In this document: piece by piece, positions 41,583 through 54,129 of the stretch
Layout of the letters: the number at the start of each line of letters is the position of its first letter
How positions within the stretch are numbered: position 1 is the first letter of the stretch
Assembly: GCA_963725835.1 (NCBI GenBank)
Contig: CAVSAB010000007.1
Span: 25,910 to 89,909 of the forward strand
Source of the DNA: an uncultured beta proteobacterium
Lineage (GTDB): Bacteria; Pseudomonadota; Gammaproteobacteria; Burkholderiales; Gallionellaceae
Direction: 5' to 3'
Length of the DNA: 64,000 nt
The notes under the pieces: model-generated
Seen by the model: only the letters and a program-made list of their open reading frames with translations
Databases searched by the model: none
What the model was told of the DNA's origin: nothing
Program-made: the position numbers and the translations under genes

Positions 41583-41945
41583 CTGAGGTTTCCCCGCATT
41601 TTACCCTGCTCCCGCACAAGCATAGGCTGCTTGTTCCACTAGCGACGGGATTGCCTTCCGGGGCTGAAGTTGCCTCAGATAGTGCGGCGCTGTATCGAGA
41701 ATACGTCGCCCCAAAGTCAGCGAGGAAATCTCCCGGCGATCAGTTCGTCGTGTGGACATGAACTGGAGTTCGAACGGACACTGCTTGGCGCATTCACCGA
41801 TCAGTCGTTGCGCAAACGAGGACAAGTGGGCCAGGAGCAGCAGCATCTCCAGGCGTTGCTTGCTGCGTGAGCGGGCAACCTCCAAGCCCAGCCCGACCCG
41901 CAAATTCTTGGTGTCGCGAAACGACTGCTCGATGCGCATCTGATT
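41583..41945 (-). mobile_element. IS4-family (IS10-like) remnant: transposase C-terminus plus one terminal repeat
   Basis: MRIEQSFRDTK (E..FR..K part of the IS4 YREK motif); end CTGAGGTTTCCCCGCATTTT resembles IS10 ends. Confidence 0.8.
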
Positions 41946-42535
41946 TACCGATCGGTGACCAGCAATTGCCTGATGTCCTGAACCAATAGATTAGCTTGCT
42001 GCCCGTAACGGGATAGCAACACTGGCCGGCCGTCGGGGCCAATTAAAAACGTGCCGTCGGAATGAAGCATGGTATAGCCGCCTTTCTTGTAATACTGCTT
42101 CTCATAGCTGACACCAAACGATTTGGCTGTCTGTGCGGTGGCCTGTGCATCGCCATATAAGCCCAGGAATGAGGGGTAGAAGGCGGGAACAAACTTCGCA
42201 AGTAATTCAGGCGTGTCGCGCTCTGGATCGACAGTAACAAACAACACCTGAACCCTGTCCGAATCTTTGCCGAGCATACGCATGACTTGTGCAAGATCGG
42301 CTAGCGTGGTTGGGCATGCCACAGGGCAGTGGGTATATCCGAAGAACAACACCACCACCTTTCCCCTGAAATCCGCCAAGCTGCGGGACTTGCCATTAAA
42401 ATCAGCAAGGTGAAAATCGGCCTGCTCAAGCGGCACAGTTACATCTATCGCGTGATAGGGCGAAGGCAGATCGTGCTGCCCGCAGGCAGCCTGCAGCAAG
42501 ATGCACAACAACAAAAATAAATTACGCATCAACAT
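41945..42535 (-). CDS. SCO1/SenC copper chaperone lipoprotein
   Basis: FGYTHCPVACP, TVDPERD, conserved His (MLHS), lipobox QAAC. Confidence 0.92.
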   Translation of the reverse strand: MLMRNLFLLLCILLQAACGQHDLPSPYHAIDVTVPLEQADFHLADFNGKSRSLADFRGKVVVLFFGYTHCPVACPTTLADLAQVMRMLGKDSDRVQVLFVTVDPERDTPELLAKFVPAFYPSFLGLYGDAQATAQTAKSFGVSYEKQYYKKGGYTMLHSDGTFLIGPDGRPVLLSRYGQQANLLVQDIRQLLVTDR

Positions 42536-42672
42536 TCCAACTCCTTGCACAACCTTGTATGCGACGGTACCTAAGTGATTTACGCACGCGTAGTGTAATT
42601 CACTATCTGAGATTCCCTCCTGTTGAAACTTGCCTTCATGTATGCGTGCTCCGCCAAAGAATTCAGGGCGGC

Positions 42673-42984
42673 TCATTTCTTTCGTAATGAGTTATCCGGC
42701 AATACCAGGTATTTTTCGCTGCTCTCCTTGTTGCCACGGAGATAGCGATTGACGGTGATGCCGTTGCCATCCTGATCGAACACGATCTCGTAATACTGGT
42801 AATTCTTGTACACCTCCTCGAGGTTCAAATACTGCCCCGCTTCCCAAGGTTGCCGTCCGGGATCGAAATCGTTGAAATAATACGGAGTCCCCGGCGTGAA
42901 TTTGTCCGCGAACGAGTTCGCGCTGGCCGAAAGCGGCAGTGCAAGCAGGAACAATGCAGTGAAAATATGACTCGGATTAAGCAT
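42673..42984 (-). CDS. Secreted hypothetical protein
   Basis: Signal peptide (ASA), aromatic-rich 103 aa, 13 bp downstream of the TonB receptor. Confidence 0.6.
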   Translation of the reverse strand: MLNPSHIFTALFLLALPLSASANSFADKFTPGTPYYFNDFDPGRQPWEAGQYLNLEEVYKNYQYYEIVFDQDGNGITVNRYLRGNKESSEKYLVLPDNSLRKK

Positions 42985-42997
42985 GCTGAACTCGATA

Positions 42998-45238
42998 TCA
43001 GAATGAAAAATCCATTTCGGCTGTCACATTCCGGCTTGGCAGCAGGAAGTACGAGTAGGCATTTACGTTCAGCAGATTATTGATGGCCAAAGCTCCTGTC
43101 ACACCTTTGGCAAACTCATAACCGAGCTTGGCATTCACCATGGTATAGGCGTCATAACTGCCCGGTACTCCTTCTACGACATCGGTATTGTGTGCAGTGA
43201 AAAACGAGTGGCTTACGTAGCGCACATTCAACGTGCCTGACCATGCACCTTGCTGCGCAGTCAGGCCGATGCCGGCGATGTTCTTGGGTGAATCGGTCAA
43301 CCTTTTGCCTACGCTTCCGGGGTCGGCGAGGTTTTCGAGCATGACTGAATCGATATACGCGTAGTTGGCATCCAGTTCCAGCCAGCTTGATAATCTGCTG
43401 GCGGCGCTCAGTTCTATCCCGCGTATCCTGGCTTTCCCGGCGTTGATGCGTACCGACAGCGAGCTGGAAACTTGTTCCAGGTAGATCAAATTGCTGAGTT
43501 GAGTCTCGTAATAGGTGGCCGTGACCTTGGAGTTTTCGGTGATACGAAGCTCACCGCCTGCCTCCCAGGTAGTGCCATGTTCGGGTTGCAGATTCGGGTC
43601 ACCTATAGTTGTCCTGGTGGGGGTGATCGATGTGGTATACATATCTTCATTCGTCGGTGCACGGAAGGATCTTCCGAAAGAGGCACGCAGTGTTGCGGTC
43701 TCGGTTGCCTTGTAAACCGCAGACACCTTGGGACTGAAGGCAGTAACGTTGCGCATCGGATAATATGTGGTCCATACCCGGTGACACTGGCTATCACCTT
43801 TGGTTTGCCAATTATCCAGTCGTCCGCCGAGGTAAACCGTGAGTGCATCCGCTGCACTGATCTCGTCCTGCGCAAAGACAGAAGTCGTGGTCGAATCGCC
43901 ATTGTAGCTGCTGGTCACGGCGGTTTGTGTATCAGGATCGCGCCAGTCGGCAAGTGTGTAGACTTGCTGGTTCGCAGTATCATTATGCAGTGCCAACCCG
44001 GTCACCAGAACCTGCCGTAAGCCAACCGGAAAGGTCAACTGGGCTGTGCCGTCCAGTCCCGTGTTCGGAGTGTCATACAGTGCTCCGGGACCACTGTTCC
44101 AGGTGGTGGCTACCGTGGAACCTGCGAACATAAAACTGTACGCCCGCACGATCTTTGCGAGGTCTACTTTCAACGAATAGTCATTGCCCAAAGTGCCATC
44201 ATAGCCCACAAAATATCGGGTTGCAGCCTCATGCAGCGGTGAATTGTTGACGAAACTGGATTCTGTCAGCGCTACGCCCTGCCCATTGATATTGAGCGAC
44301 CCGCTGGAAACAGGTAATCCGGTAGCGGTATCCCTGAGATAGGTATTGAACTGGGTATAGCCCTGATTGGTTTCCTGATAGAAGATACCGGTATAAATCT
44401 TGTCACGGTCATTCAGGTCATAATACAGCTTGGCGGTCGCATTGGCAGAGTGCCATGGTGTCGTGCCCTTGTCGCCTACCAGATAGGCAGGCGTCCCATC
44501 CCGGGTAGTGGTAGGCTGCGCACCTGTGACAACGATAGGACCTGCTGCTCCTGCAGGAATCTTGACGACAAAATCATTCACATAGCTGTCGCGGTTATGG
44601 TAGCCGAGTCCCGCAACGATACCCAGCCCGTTATCCAGTTTTTCGCGAAGATAGATGCTGGCATCCTCGCCGCTGGCATCGCCCCAGCCCTTTTTTACCA
44701 TGGCGGAGAATTCATGTCTGTCCGGTTGTTTGGTAATGATGTTGATGACACCGCCAATGGCATCGCTGCCATAAAGCGATGAGAATGCGCCGGGTACCAC
44801 CTCGACTCGAGCGATGTCTTCGATGAACGGGACTTGCCAATTCACTTTTCCTGACCTGGCATCCTGCAACGGCTGCCCGTCAATCAGGATCAGCGTCCTG
44901 CTTTGATCCACCCCGCGCAGCGACATGCCGCTCGTCCCTGAGGTACCCTGCGACTGGCCAAATGCACCATCACGCAAATAGAGGCTGGGCACCTGGTCAA
45001 GCACATCACCGAGTCGTGAGACGTTCTTCAACTCGATATCTTTGGCAGTCACCACCGTTACCGCAGCAGGTGCATCGGAGAGCGAAATATTCGTTCTGGT
45101 TGGTGTGATTATCTCGATCTCCAACGGATTGATATCGCTGTCTTCAGCAGCGCAAGCAGCATGGACCAAACCAAAAATACCGCACAGAGCAATAATCACG
45201 CGGCCATTGTATAAAGAAGTACTCATCGGAATCGCCAT
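42998..45238 (-). CDS. TonB-dependent outer membrane receptor
   Basis: Plug motifs LRG..TLILIDG, RVEVVPG..SSLYGSDAIGGVINIIT; NNLLN; C-terminal Phe. Confidence 0.92.
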   Translation of the reverse strand: MAIPMSTSLYNGRVIIALCGIFGLVHAACAAEDSDINPLEIEIITPTRTNISLSDAPAAVTVVTAKDIELKNVSRLGDVLDQVPSLYLRDGAFGQSQGTSGTSGMSLRGVDQSRTLILIDGQPLQDARSGKVNWQVPFIEDIARVEVVPGAFSSLYGSDAIGGVINIITKQPDRHEFSAMVKKGWGDASGEDASIYLREKLDNGLGIVAGLGYHNRDSYVNDFVVKIPAGAAGPIVVTGAQPTTTRDGTPAYLVGDKGTTPWHSANATAKLYYDLNDRDKIYTGIFYQETNQGYTQFNTYLRDTATGLPVSSGSLNINGQGVALTESSFVNNSPLHEAATRYFVGYDGTLGNDYSLKVDLAKIVRAYSFMFAGSTVATTWNSGPGALYDTPNTGLDGTAQLTFPVGLRQVLVTGLALHNDTANQQVYTLADWRDPDTQTAVTSSYNGDSTTTSVFAQDEISAADALTVYLGGRLDNWQTKGDSQCHRVWTTYYPMRNVTAFSPKVSAVYKATETATLRASFGRSFRAPTNEDMYTTSITPTRTTIGDPNLQPEHGTTWEAGGELRITENSKVTATYYETQLSNLIYLEQVSSSLSVRINAGKARIRGIELSAASRLSSWLELDANYAYIDSVMLENLADPGSVGKRLTDSPKNIAGIGLTAQQGAWSGTLNVRYVSHSFFTAHNTDVVEGVPGSYDAYTMVNAKLGYEFAKGVTGALAINNLLNVNAYSYFLLPSRNVTAEMDFSF

Positions 45239-45348
45239 GAAAATCTTGATGAAAAATTAGATAAGTTGACCATACTCATTGCAGCCAGACTTGAGAAGAT
45301 TGCAGAAGCCGGGAGAGCGGACATGTGCGACATAATCTATAGCCCCAT

Positions 45349-45374
45349 AAAAAAGGGCGGAATCACCCGCCCTT
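45349..45374 (-). terminator. Intrinsic terminator after nirS
   Basis: Minus strand AAGGGCGG-GTGATT-CCGCCCTT-TTTT. Confidence 0.8.
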
Positions 45375-45402
45375 GATGTAATGACGGTGAACTAGTAACT
45401 CT

Positions 45403-47130
<1,728 letters not shown>

Positions 47131-47378
47131 TTATCTCCCATGTCTGTTACGGTAATTCCTGGACATTAAACAGCACATGCATCCCTGTCCGCCACATTAC
47201 GGCATAACTAACCGAAATAATATTATTGTAGTTTTGTTGCACTCCCAAAACGGACGCTACCGCCGAGTTCGAACATCATCCAATTCGGTTCGAGACTGGA
47301 AGCGCACCCGACCCTCGACAGCTATCGCACATCCGGAGTACGAAAAACTACAACGGCCAGCTTCTCAGGGATTGCGCC

Positions 47379-47700
47379 CTACTTGGCCAGACCCAGAATG
47401 AAAGCAGACCAGTTCCTTTTTATCTGCTTCACTAAGTTTTGGTTGCGCAGGCATAGGCACAGGACCCCATACGCCGCTGCCTCCCTTGGAAATTTTGGCG
47501 CTCAGTTTATCGGCTGCAGTTGCATCGCCCTTGTACTTGTCAGCAACTGCTTGCCAAGCCGGTCCAACCACTTTTTTGTCAATCGAGTGACAACTGGCAC
47601 AACCGTTTTTCTTTGCAACTTCCGGCATATCCGCCGACATCACGCTGCCCGCAAACGTCAAACCCGTCACTACCGCCATGCTTACGACGAAAGATTTCAT
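47379..47700 (-). CDS. nirM: Cytochrome c551/c552, NirM-like (indel near 47405)
   Basis: GCASCH, KVVGP, GGSGVWGPVPMP; directly upstream of nirS. Confidence 0.85.
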
Positions 47701-47887
47701 TTTATTCTCCATGAGTGATTTCAACATTTATTAATAGACCCAACTTTGGAAGAGCAATTTTTATAAGATATGTGCACGGGTGAACTGCGTTATGCCTCGG
47801 AAACTTTTAAACAGCCAAGTAACATCGACAACCGAACAGGAAACACACACAATTCGCTCTTGAGCAAAGATCCCATAATTCCACCAT

Positions 47888-47910
47888 TACATGTATTAGT
47901 AATACATGTA
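47888..47910. promoter_or_regulatory. NsrR-type 11-1-11 operator upstream of nirM-nirS
   Basis: TACATGTATTA-G-TAATACATGTA, a perfect inverted repeat containing ATGTAT-N5-ATACAT. Confidence 0.72.
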
Positions 47911-48171
47911 TTGAAAGTGCAACATATTCCTAAACGGGACGCTTGTCAAGAAGAAAAGGGGGATCATTAAACCCTGAATTACCTCAGTATTTTCGTACGG
48001 TATTTCGAAGGGGGCGGCTTGAAGATTGATGGCTAACCAGGCCAATAAATACGCCCCATGCCAAGGAGTTGAGTCCTTGCCAAGATGCTCTCCCGAAAGA
48101 CCAATGGATATGGAAGTGTCTGCCTGACCACCGCACCGGAAACGAAATCTACGAAAATGACAATCCAGTCG

Positions 48172-49107
48172 TCACATATTCTGTTTTTGAAGCCTGTAAT
48201 TCAACAACACCAGCGTAACCAGCAGCAGCATCGCCACCGCGTTATGCAGTACCGCACCCGTGAGCGGCAGCCCGAGCAGCACATTGGAGATACCGAGCAC
48301 AAACTGAAGCACAACCAATCCCAGCATGGCCTTGCCGATGGTGTGCAGCCACTCCACTGCCATGACCCTGAACGACAGCCAGCTCAAGTAGAGAAGAGTA
48401 AGCAACGCGCCTGCCCGGTGCATCCAGTGAATCGCCGTCAGTTTTTCCACGGAAAGCGGCGGTCCGTATCTGTCCAGGCTAACTGAAAAATCCATCGCCG
48501 GCAGCAGAGCGCCTTTGCACAGAGGGAACTCGGTACAGGCAAGCGCGGCGAAATTGGAACTTACCCATCCGCCCAGCATGATCTGGACCAGCACCAACAC
48601 CAGGCCAAGCCGCGAAAAACTCCGCCAGCTCTGCGTCACGCCAGCACTAACCTCGCCAACCGGCGCCATCTGGCGCAGCGCGATCCACACCAGCAATATC
48701 AGCGTGGCACTCCCGCCCGCAAGATGCACCGGGACAATGACAGCCCGCGGCAGATGGGAGAAAGCCCAGATGCCGAAAGCCGCCAGAAATGCCATCAACC
48801 CCACCAGCAAGGTTGGCAGCAAAGGAGATTGCCGCAACGTACTGCGCTTCTGCCACGCAAGGCCGCAGACAGCGATCGACAGGATTCCCAACAGCAACCC
48901 CACCATGTTCTGCAGCTTCCACCGCCATGAGGTATGGTCGCGCGCGGCATCGGCCTGGGGAGGCTGCCTTTCCTTCAGCGCATTTTCCTCGTAGCAGGCG
49001 GGCCAGTTGGCGCAACCAAGACCAGCATCGGAAAGCCGCGCGTAGGCACTGAACACTACCGCGCAAAAAGCGAGCACGCAGGTAATCAGTACAAGTTTCA
49101 AATACAT
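48172..49107 (-). CDS. COX15/CtaA heme A synthase paralogue, atypical
   Basis: GLGCANWPAC, ACTEFPLC, HWMHR, VLHN; first ExxHR motif absent. Confidence 0.82.
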   Translation of the reverse strand: MYLKLVLITCVLAFCAVVFSAYARLSDAGLGCANWPACYEENALKERQPPQADAARDHTSWRWKLQNMVGLLLGILSIAVCGLAWQKRSTLRQSPLLPTLLVGLMAFLAAFGIWAFSHLPRAVIVPVHLAGGSATLILLVWIALRQMAPVGEVSAGVTQSWRSFSRLGLVLVLVQIMLGGWVSSNFAALACTEFPLCKGALLPAMDFSVSLDRYGPPLSVEKLTAIHWMHRAGALLTLLYLSWLSFRVMAVEWLHTIGKAMLGLVVLQFVLGISNVLLGLPLTGAVLHNAVAMLLLVTLVLLNYRLQKQNM

Positions 49108-49128
49108 GTGCTATTCGCCTTAACTTCT

Positions 49129-49740
49129 CTATTTTGGGCAACCGCTGTTGTTGACGCTTTTGTCCGGCATGATGGTTCTGCAAAATACTGTGTCTTGCAG
49201 AATTGCATTGCGCATATCGGCACCGATCAGCGTAGCCCCGGTAAGATCGACACGGCTGAAGTTGGCATCGACCAGGCTGGACATCGCGAACACCGCCCCC
49301 GTCGCATTGGCGCCGGACAGATCGGCACCTTTAAGATTGGCCAGTGATAAATTTGCTCCTACAATGTTGGCATCTCTGAGGTTGACACCCGGCAAAATAC
49401 TTTGGGACAGATCGGCTTTGGCAAGATTTGCATGCGACAAATTTGCATTATTCATATATGTCTCGGACAGATCAGCCTCTGAGAGATTGGCATTGGACAA
49501 ATTTGCCTTCATCAGATTAGCCTCCGTGATCCTGTCGCCGCTCAGATCGGCACCACTCAGATCGGCACCCGACAAATCGGCACCAGCCAGATTGGACCTG
49601 GTCAGATTCGCACCGGAAAGATTGGCGCCGGGACAACTGGCTCTCCGTTTGATCTGGCAACCGTTGATGGTTTGATGCGCATCGGCTGTTGAGACCAGCA
49701 ATACAGCGATGACAAACGGCCAAGCGGCAATAGTTTTCAC
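49129..49740 (-). CDS. Secreted pentapeptide repeat protein
   Basis: Signal peptide, many A(N/D)L(S/T)x repeats, terminal Cys residues, TIMPD end motif. Confidence 0.88.
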   Translation of the reverse strand: MKTIAAWPFVIAVLLVSTADAHQTINGCQIKRRASCPGANLSGANLTRSNLAGADLSGADLSGADLSGDRITEANLMKANLSNANLSEADLSETYMNNANLSHANLAKADLSQSILPGVNLRDANIVGANLSLANLKGADLSGANATGAVFAMSSLVDANFSRVDLTGATLIGADMRNAILQDTVFCRTIMPDKSVNNSGCPK

Positions 49741-50094
49741 TGTAGATTCCTCAGGGTCAAAATTCCTGGTGTCAGATGATGCGCCAATACTGCCGATAAG
49801 TCTCGATGCCCGTTTACAGGACACGCATATTTTTCGGAAACCATGGCCGCGAGGTTAGCGAAATTCGCATCGCGGAGCAAGTTCAGTTCTTGACTGCGCA
49901 GGGTGTAATCGGTAGTGTCATCGCGGCGAAGCAAATCACATTTTTGGAACGAAAGAATACTCGATGACCGCAGAGACCGTTGCCCTGTTTGAGATTATCC
50001 AAGTGGCCAGCTTCACCATGCGCCCGATCGCAGGCCATCCCGGATACCTTTTCCACCCCCTGCACGTTCAGCCGCCTGATTTGGAAAGGTCGTC

Positions 50095-51180
50095 ATGCTG
50101 ATCCAGCTTGCCGCAATGGGCATGCTGGTGGCACTGTTGCCGCTGACAATCGTCTGGGTATCGAGCGATACCGACAAATATCGCAAACTGGTATGGGTCA
50201 CGCTATTTCTGACCTTTGACCTGATCATGTTCGGCGCATTCACGCGGCTGACCGATTCCGGTCTCGGCTGCCCGGACTGGCCCGGCTGCTATGGGCATGC
50301 CAACCCGATACAGGCACATGCGGACATCAGTGCCGCCGAAACCGCGATGCCGACCGGCCCGGTGACTGTCATGAAGGCATGGATCGAGATGATTCATCGC
50401 TATCTGGCCATGAGCATCGGCGTGCTGATCGTCGCGTTGATGGTGATCGCATGGCGCAGGTGGCTGCAATCGGGACGCAAGGAAATGAAATTTTCGCCGC
50501 TGTTCCCGACATTGCTGTTTGCATTCGTTTGTGTGCAGGGCGCTTTCGGCGCATGGACTGTCACGATGAAATTGCAACCGATCATCGTGACCACTCACCT
50601 GCTGTTGGGCATGACGCTGCTGGCACTATTGACGTGGTTTGGCGCGAGACTAAGCGATCATCCGTCAGTGTCGCGATCGGCAGTTGCTTTGCGCATACCG
50701 GCGATGCTGATTCTCTTGCTGCTGGCGATTCAAATCGCGCTCGGCGGCTGGGTCAGCACCAACTATGCGGCCCTGGCTTGCACAGACTTTCCGCTGTGCC
50801 ATGGAGTGCTGTTACCGCAAATGGATTTCGCAAATGGCTTTTCGTTATGGCGCGATCTGGGCATGACCGCCAAAGGTGATTATCTGCCCTTCCCTGCGCT
50901 GACCGCGATCCACTGGACGCATCGCGCCTTTGCTTTGGTCGTGGTTGTGCTTGTTGCCTGGTTAGCGCTTAGTGCACTCAAATACGATGGGTTACACAAG
51001 ACCGCTCGTTGGCTGTTGGTCATGGTCGCGCTGCAATTTACCAGCGGTGTTTCCAATGTCTTCCTGAATTTACCTCTGGCACTGGCAGTGGCACACAATG
51101 GCGGCGCGGCACTTCTCATGCTGTTGCTGGTCACCCTAAACTATAAAATCAGTATCGCGAACAATGCTGCGTCAAATTGA
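50095..51180 (+). CDS. ctaA: COX15/CtaA heme A synthase
   Basis: SGLGCPDWPGC, EMIHRY, VTTHL, ACTDFPLC, HWTHR, VAHN. Confidence 0.92.
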   Translation: MLIQLAAMGMLVALLPLTIVWVSSDTDKYRKLVWVTLFLTFDLIMFGAFTRLTDSGLGCPDWPGCYGHANPIQAHADISAAETAMPTGPVTVMKAWIEMIHRYLAMSIGVLIVALMVIAWRRWLQSGRKEMKFSPLFPTLLFAFVCVQGAFGAWTVTMKLQPIIVTTHLLLGMTLLALLTWFGARLSDHPSVSRSAVALRIPAMLILLLLAIQIALGGWVSTNYAALACTDFPLCHGVLLPQMDFANGFSLWRDLGMTAKGDYLPFPALTAIHWTHRAFALVVVVLVAWLALSALKYDGLHKTARWLLVMVALQFTSGVSNVFLNLPLALAVAHNGGAALLMLLLVTLNYKISIANNAASN

Positions 51181-51188
51181 GCCATTGC

Positions 51189-51878
51189 TTATTTTTGCAC
51201 CGCCTTTGCATCAGGCTTTTTCGGGGCAACATGAGTCAGCCTGATACTATGTGCCTCACTTTTTTCCACAACGGAATCGCTGCCAGCATCGAAGCTCCAT
51301 ATCCAGGCACCGCCACGGCGAGTTCCGAACGTTGTATCAGTCCAGTATTTGCCGGGAAGAGATTCCGGAAAATAAGCTTTCGGCAGGGCAGGCCCCGGGA
51401 ATGAAACGCTGGTGTCCACTATGGTGTTCAATTCAAAACGGCTGGGCAGATACCAATCATTCAGGCCGCAAAGTTTTTTTGCATTGATCGCTTTGATGTA
51501 GGATTCGGTATCGCAATCACTGCCGGTGCAAATTCCCCCGTTAGCCTTGCCGGCCCACCCGCCGTTGGTAGTTTGATCCGGATCGTACCAGCTGTAAGTA
51601 TTATTGATATTCCGCAAACCAGGTTCGGATTTTTTTACTTCCCAGATCAAACCTGACTGGTTGTCACGCACACAATCCCATGGTTGTTTGGCATAGTCTT
51701 TGCCGTCGTTCACACTGCCATCTTGGTTTAGTCGCGTCATGTCAAACTCATACGGCTTGGGAGTGAGCTTGTCACCACAGCCGGCAATTATCAAAGTACA
51801 CAACAATATTAAAGCAATTCCGTTGGACCAAGAGAACGAACTCTTAGGTAGTATGCTTTTGTTTATCATTTTATTCAT
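51189..51878 (-). CDS. DUF1566 (Lcl C-terminal) domain lipoprotein
   Basis: IAGC lipobox; CVRDNQSGLIWEVK, LCGLNDWYLPS..EL, YWT. Confidence 0.8.
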   Translation of the reverse strand: MNKMINKSILPKSSFSWSNGIALILLCTLIIAGCGDKLTPKPYEFDMTRLNQDGSVNDGKDYAKQPWDCVRDNQSGLIWEVKKSEPGLRNINNTYSWYDPDQTTNGGWAGKANGGICTGSDCDTESYIKAINAKKLCGLNDWYLPSRFELNTIVDTSVSFPGPALPKAYFPESLPGKYWTDTTFGTRRGGAWIWSFDAGSDSVVEKSEAHSIRLTHVAPKKPDAKAVQK

Positions 51879-52087
51879 TTGGATCACCCTGTAGTAATGT
51901 GAAATATCTGTTTGAACGAAGGTACGTATTATCTTTGCATTGCGAGAGTTGTCCAAGCATGTGCAAGTGAGATCATCTCAAGCTCAAGGACTACATAATT
52001 GGTCTGCTGAGTCAGATATGTTTGAAGTGCCGCCCGTCCTGGAATATTATGGACCATTGATTTACAGTCCTTTGAGCAACAAGAATC

Positions 52088-53377
52088 TCACGGTAAATCC
52101 TTCCCGATAAGGTCTAGCGTGCGTCGATATACTGCGATAGCAATAAATGTCGCGTATCCGAGCAACATGCCTTGCAGCAGCAAACCAACTGCAACCAACC
52201 ATGTTGCTGCATTCCACCAGGGTGCGAATAGTGCTGCAAGCAATGTGCTGCGATGCAGCCACAAGTGCCGCCACATCCAGGTTTCCGGGATGATTTCCTT
52301 CATATTGGGAACACCGCTTTTTACCCCACCACGGAACAGATGGAACCACACCAGAAAGGGGACGATCTTGTACAGCATGCCGTGCATCAACGACATGGCA
52401 AAGCCGAGCAGGAATAACACAGCGGATACCGTGCCGAGATGATCAATAGCCGGGAAAAACAGGGTTGCCAGCGCAAATAGTGCAGCGCACAACAATGACA
52501 TCATGCCCAGCCGGAAAAAACTCAGCGTGGCATCCGCAACGCGGCGGCGACGCTTGCTTTGCAACCTGAGTGTGGTTACGGCAAAAACAGCTCGCCAATA
52601 ACCAGAAAACGCCTTGTGCAACGATTACTATCCAGTGCGGTCTGGGGGTCAAGTAAAAGAGACAGCAAACTCAACAGAAGCACGAAAAATATGGCGGGAG
52701 CCAAACCGTTGACTAACCATTCCGGATAGTTCGGGGTGAGCTGGAACATCGGCACCACTTGATAGGACACGCCGACGATCAGCAACGTCACCCAGCCGCC
52801 CAATGCCAGACTGATATGGGCAGTGGCCAATTTGGCATACGGCAGTTGCGTGCCGCTGGCATAGCCTTGCGCCAGCAACATGCCCAATGCAATGGCTCCG
52901 CTTAGCGCAAGGATGGACAGCAGTATCGCGGTCTTGGTGGCATTGTGAACGGGAGAGCGCGCCAGGCTGATCAGGCTGGCACTGATGAATGTTATAAAAG
53001 CCAAACCCAATAGCGGCCAGGCAAGATTGAGCAATACCGGTTTGCCTAGCATGAAACCGGCAGGCAGCAGCAGTGCGCCCAATATCAGCGGCAGGAAGAT
53101 GAGCCATGCAATCAGCCGGGATGCCGGCATCGGGCTGCCGATCACCACCGGCAGGATTTGCTGCATCGCACCCAGCATGATCATCGCCATGAACCCCAGC
53201 GTGATGCAGTGCGTCGCGGCAAGCAGCGCCGGTGAGTGCATATCGGCAAATGGATTGTCTGCGCCGGAAACCAGCATCAGCGCAGCCAGCAGCAGGAACA
53301 GCGGGGCGGCAGTAAAGAAGCGCAGCGGCACAGAAATCGGCGGTGCCTGCTCGGTATTGAGCGAGACTGATTTTCAT
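52088..53377 (-). CDS. Multi-TM membrane protein of DUF2249/hemerythrin clusters (several frameshifts)
   Basis: PPISVPLRFF, HCITLG..MLGAMQQILPV, VSYQVVPMF, GMLYKIVPFLVWFH; ATGA overlap with upstream gene. Confidence 0.75.
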
Positions 53378-53593
53378 GCGCTGCGGCTGATGCGAATTGA
53401 AAAGCTGCCATCTGTCAGCGCGGTGGTCTGCCAGGCATAACCGCTGTCGCGCAACACCTCGTAAAGCGGGTAGGGTTCGCGATCGATATGCACATGCAAA
53501 TATGCTCCGGCGGGGAGTGACGGCAATGCGCGCATGATGTGCTCGAAACGGCTCGGGCGGTGGCAGTCCGCGCACATCCAGCTCGCGTGTCAT
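53374..53593 (-). CDS. DUF2249 family protein (frameshift near 53550)
   Basis: LDVRGLPPPEPF, REPYPLY. Confidence 0.8.
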
Positions 53594-53610
53594 GTTCGCG
53601 CGCAAGGTGA

Positions 53611-54045
53611 TCAGACCATCCGCATGCGGCCAAGCAGCGCTATCCCGCTGTGAAGCCAGGATGTGATCCGCGATCGGATAGAGCATTCTGCTCTTCCTTG
53701 AGGTTGTGCTGCTGCATCACAATCAGCAGCGTCTCCGACAGGCCGCCATATCCTTGCGCATCCTGGTGAGTCAATGTGCCGGCCATTTGTTCGATAAGCG
53801 TGTTCATCTGCGCGTGTTCCATGCGCATTACCTGCACCGGTCCGGCAGGACCGCCGGCGGAGACCAGCGTCGGGAAAAGCTCGTCTTCTTCCATGCGAAA
53901 GTGCCTGGCCAGCTCAGTACGGAAATTGTTAAACGCAGTTTCTAGCCTCACTCCAGTTGTTGGCTAAAGCGGCATGTTCGGCGATGGCGAATGCCTCGTC
54001 ACAGGCGTGATGGCTGGCGCTCATATATTCGGTAATGGTTTGCAT
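53611..54045 (-). CDS. Hemerythrin (HHE) domain protein (frameshifted)
   Basis: SHHACD, HFRMEEDELFP, MRMEH, QHNLKEE.MLYP. Confidence 0.85.
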
Positions 54046-54129
54046 ATCAATATCCTCATAAAAATCCGGGCGGTGCGTTTGTTGCGGCAATAGCGGTTGA
54101 AACTGGAAAGCGTTGGCATTATATGATAA

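Noticed and set aside
49250-49640. 15-bp periodic DNA repeats
   Set aside because: Explained by pentapeptide-repeat coding.
52649-53686. 345-aa ORF looking like a hemerythrin-DUF2249 fusion
   Set aside because: Arises from indels; a normal hemerythrin stop (53611) and DUF2249 start (53593) are recoverable.
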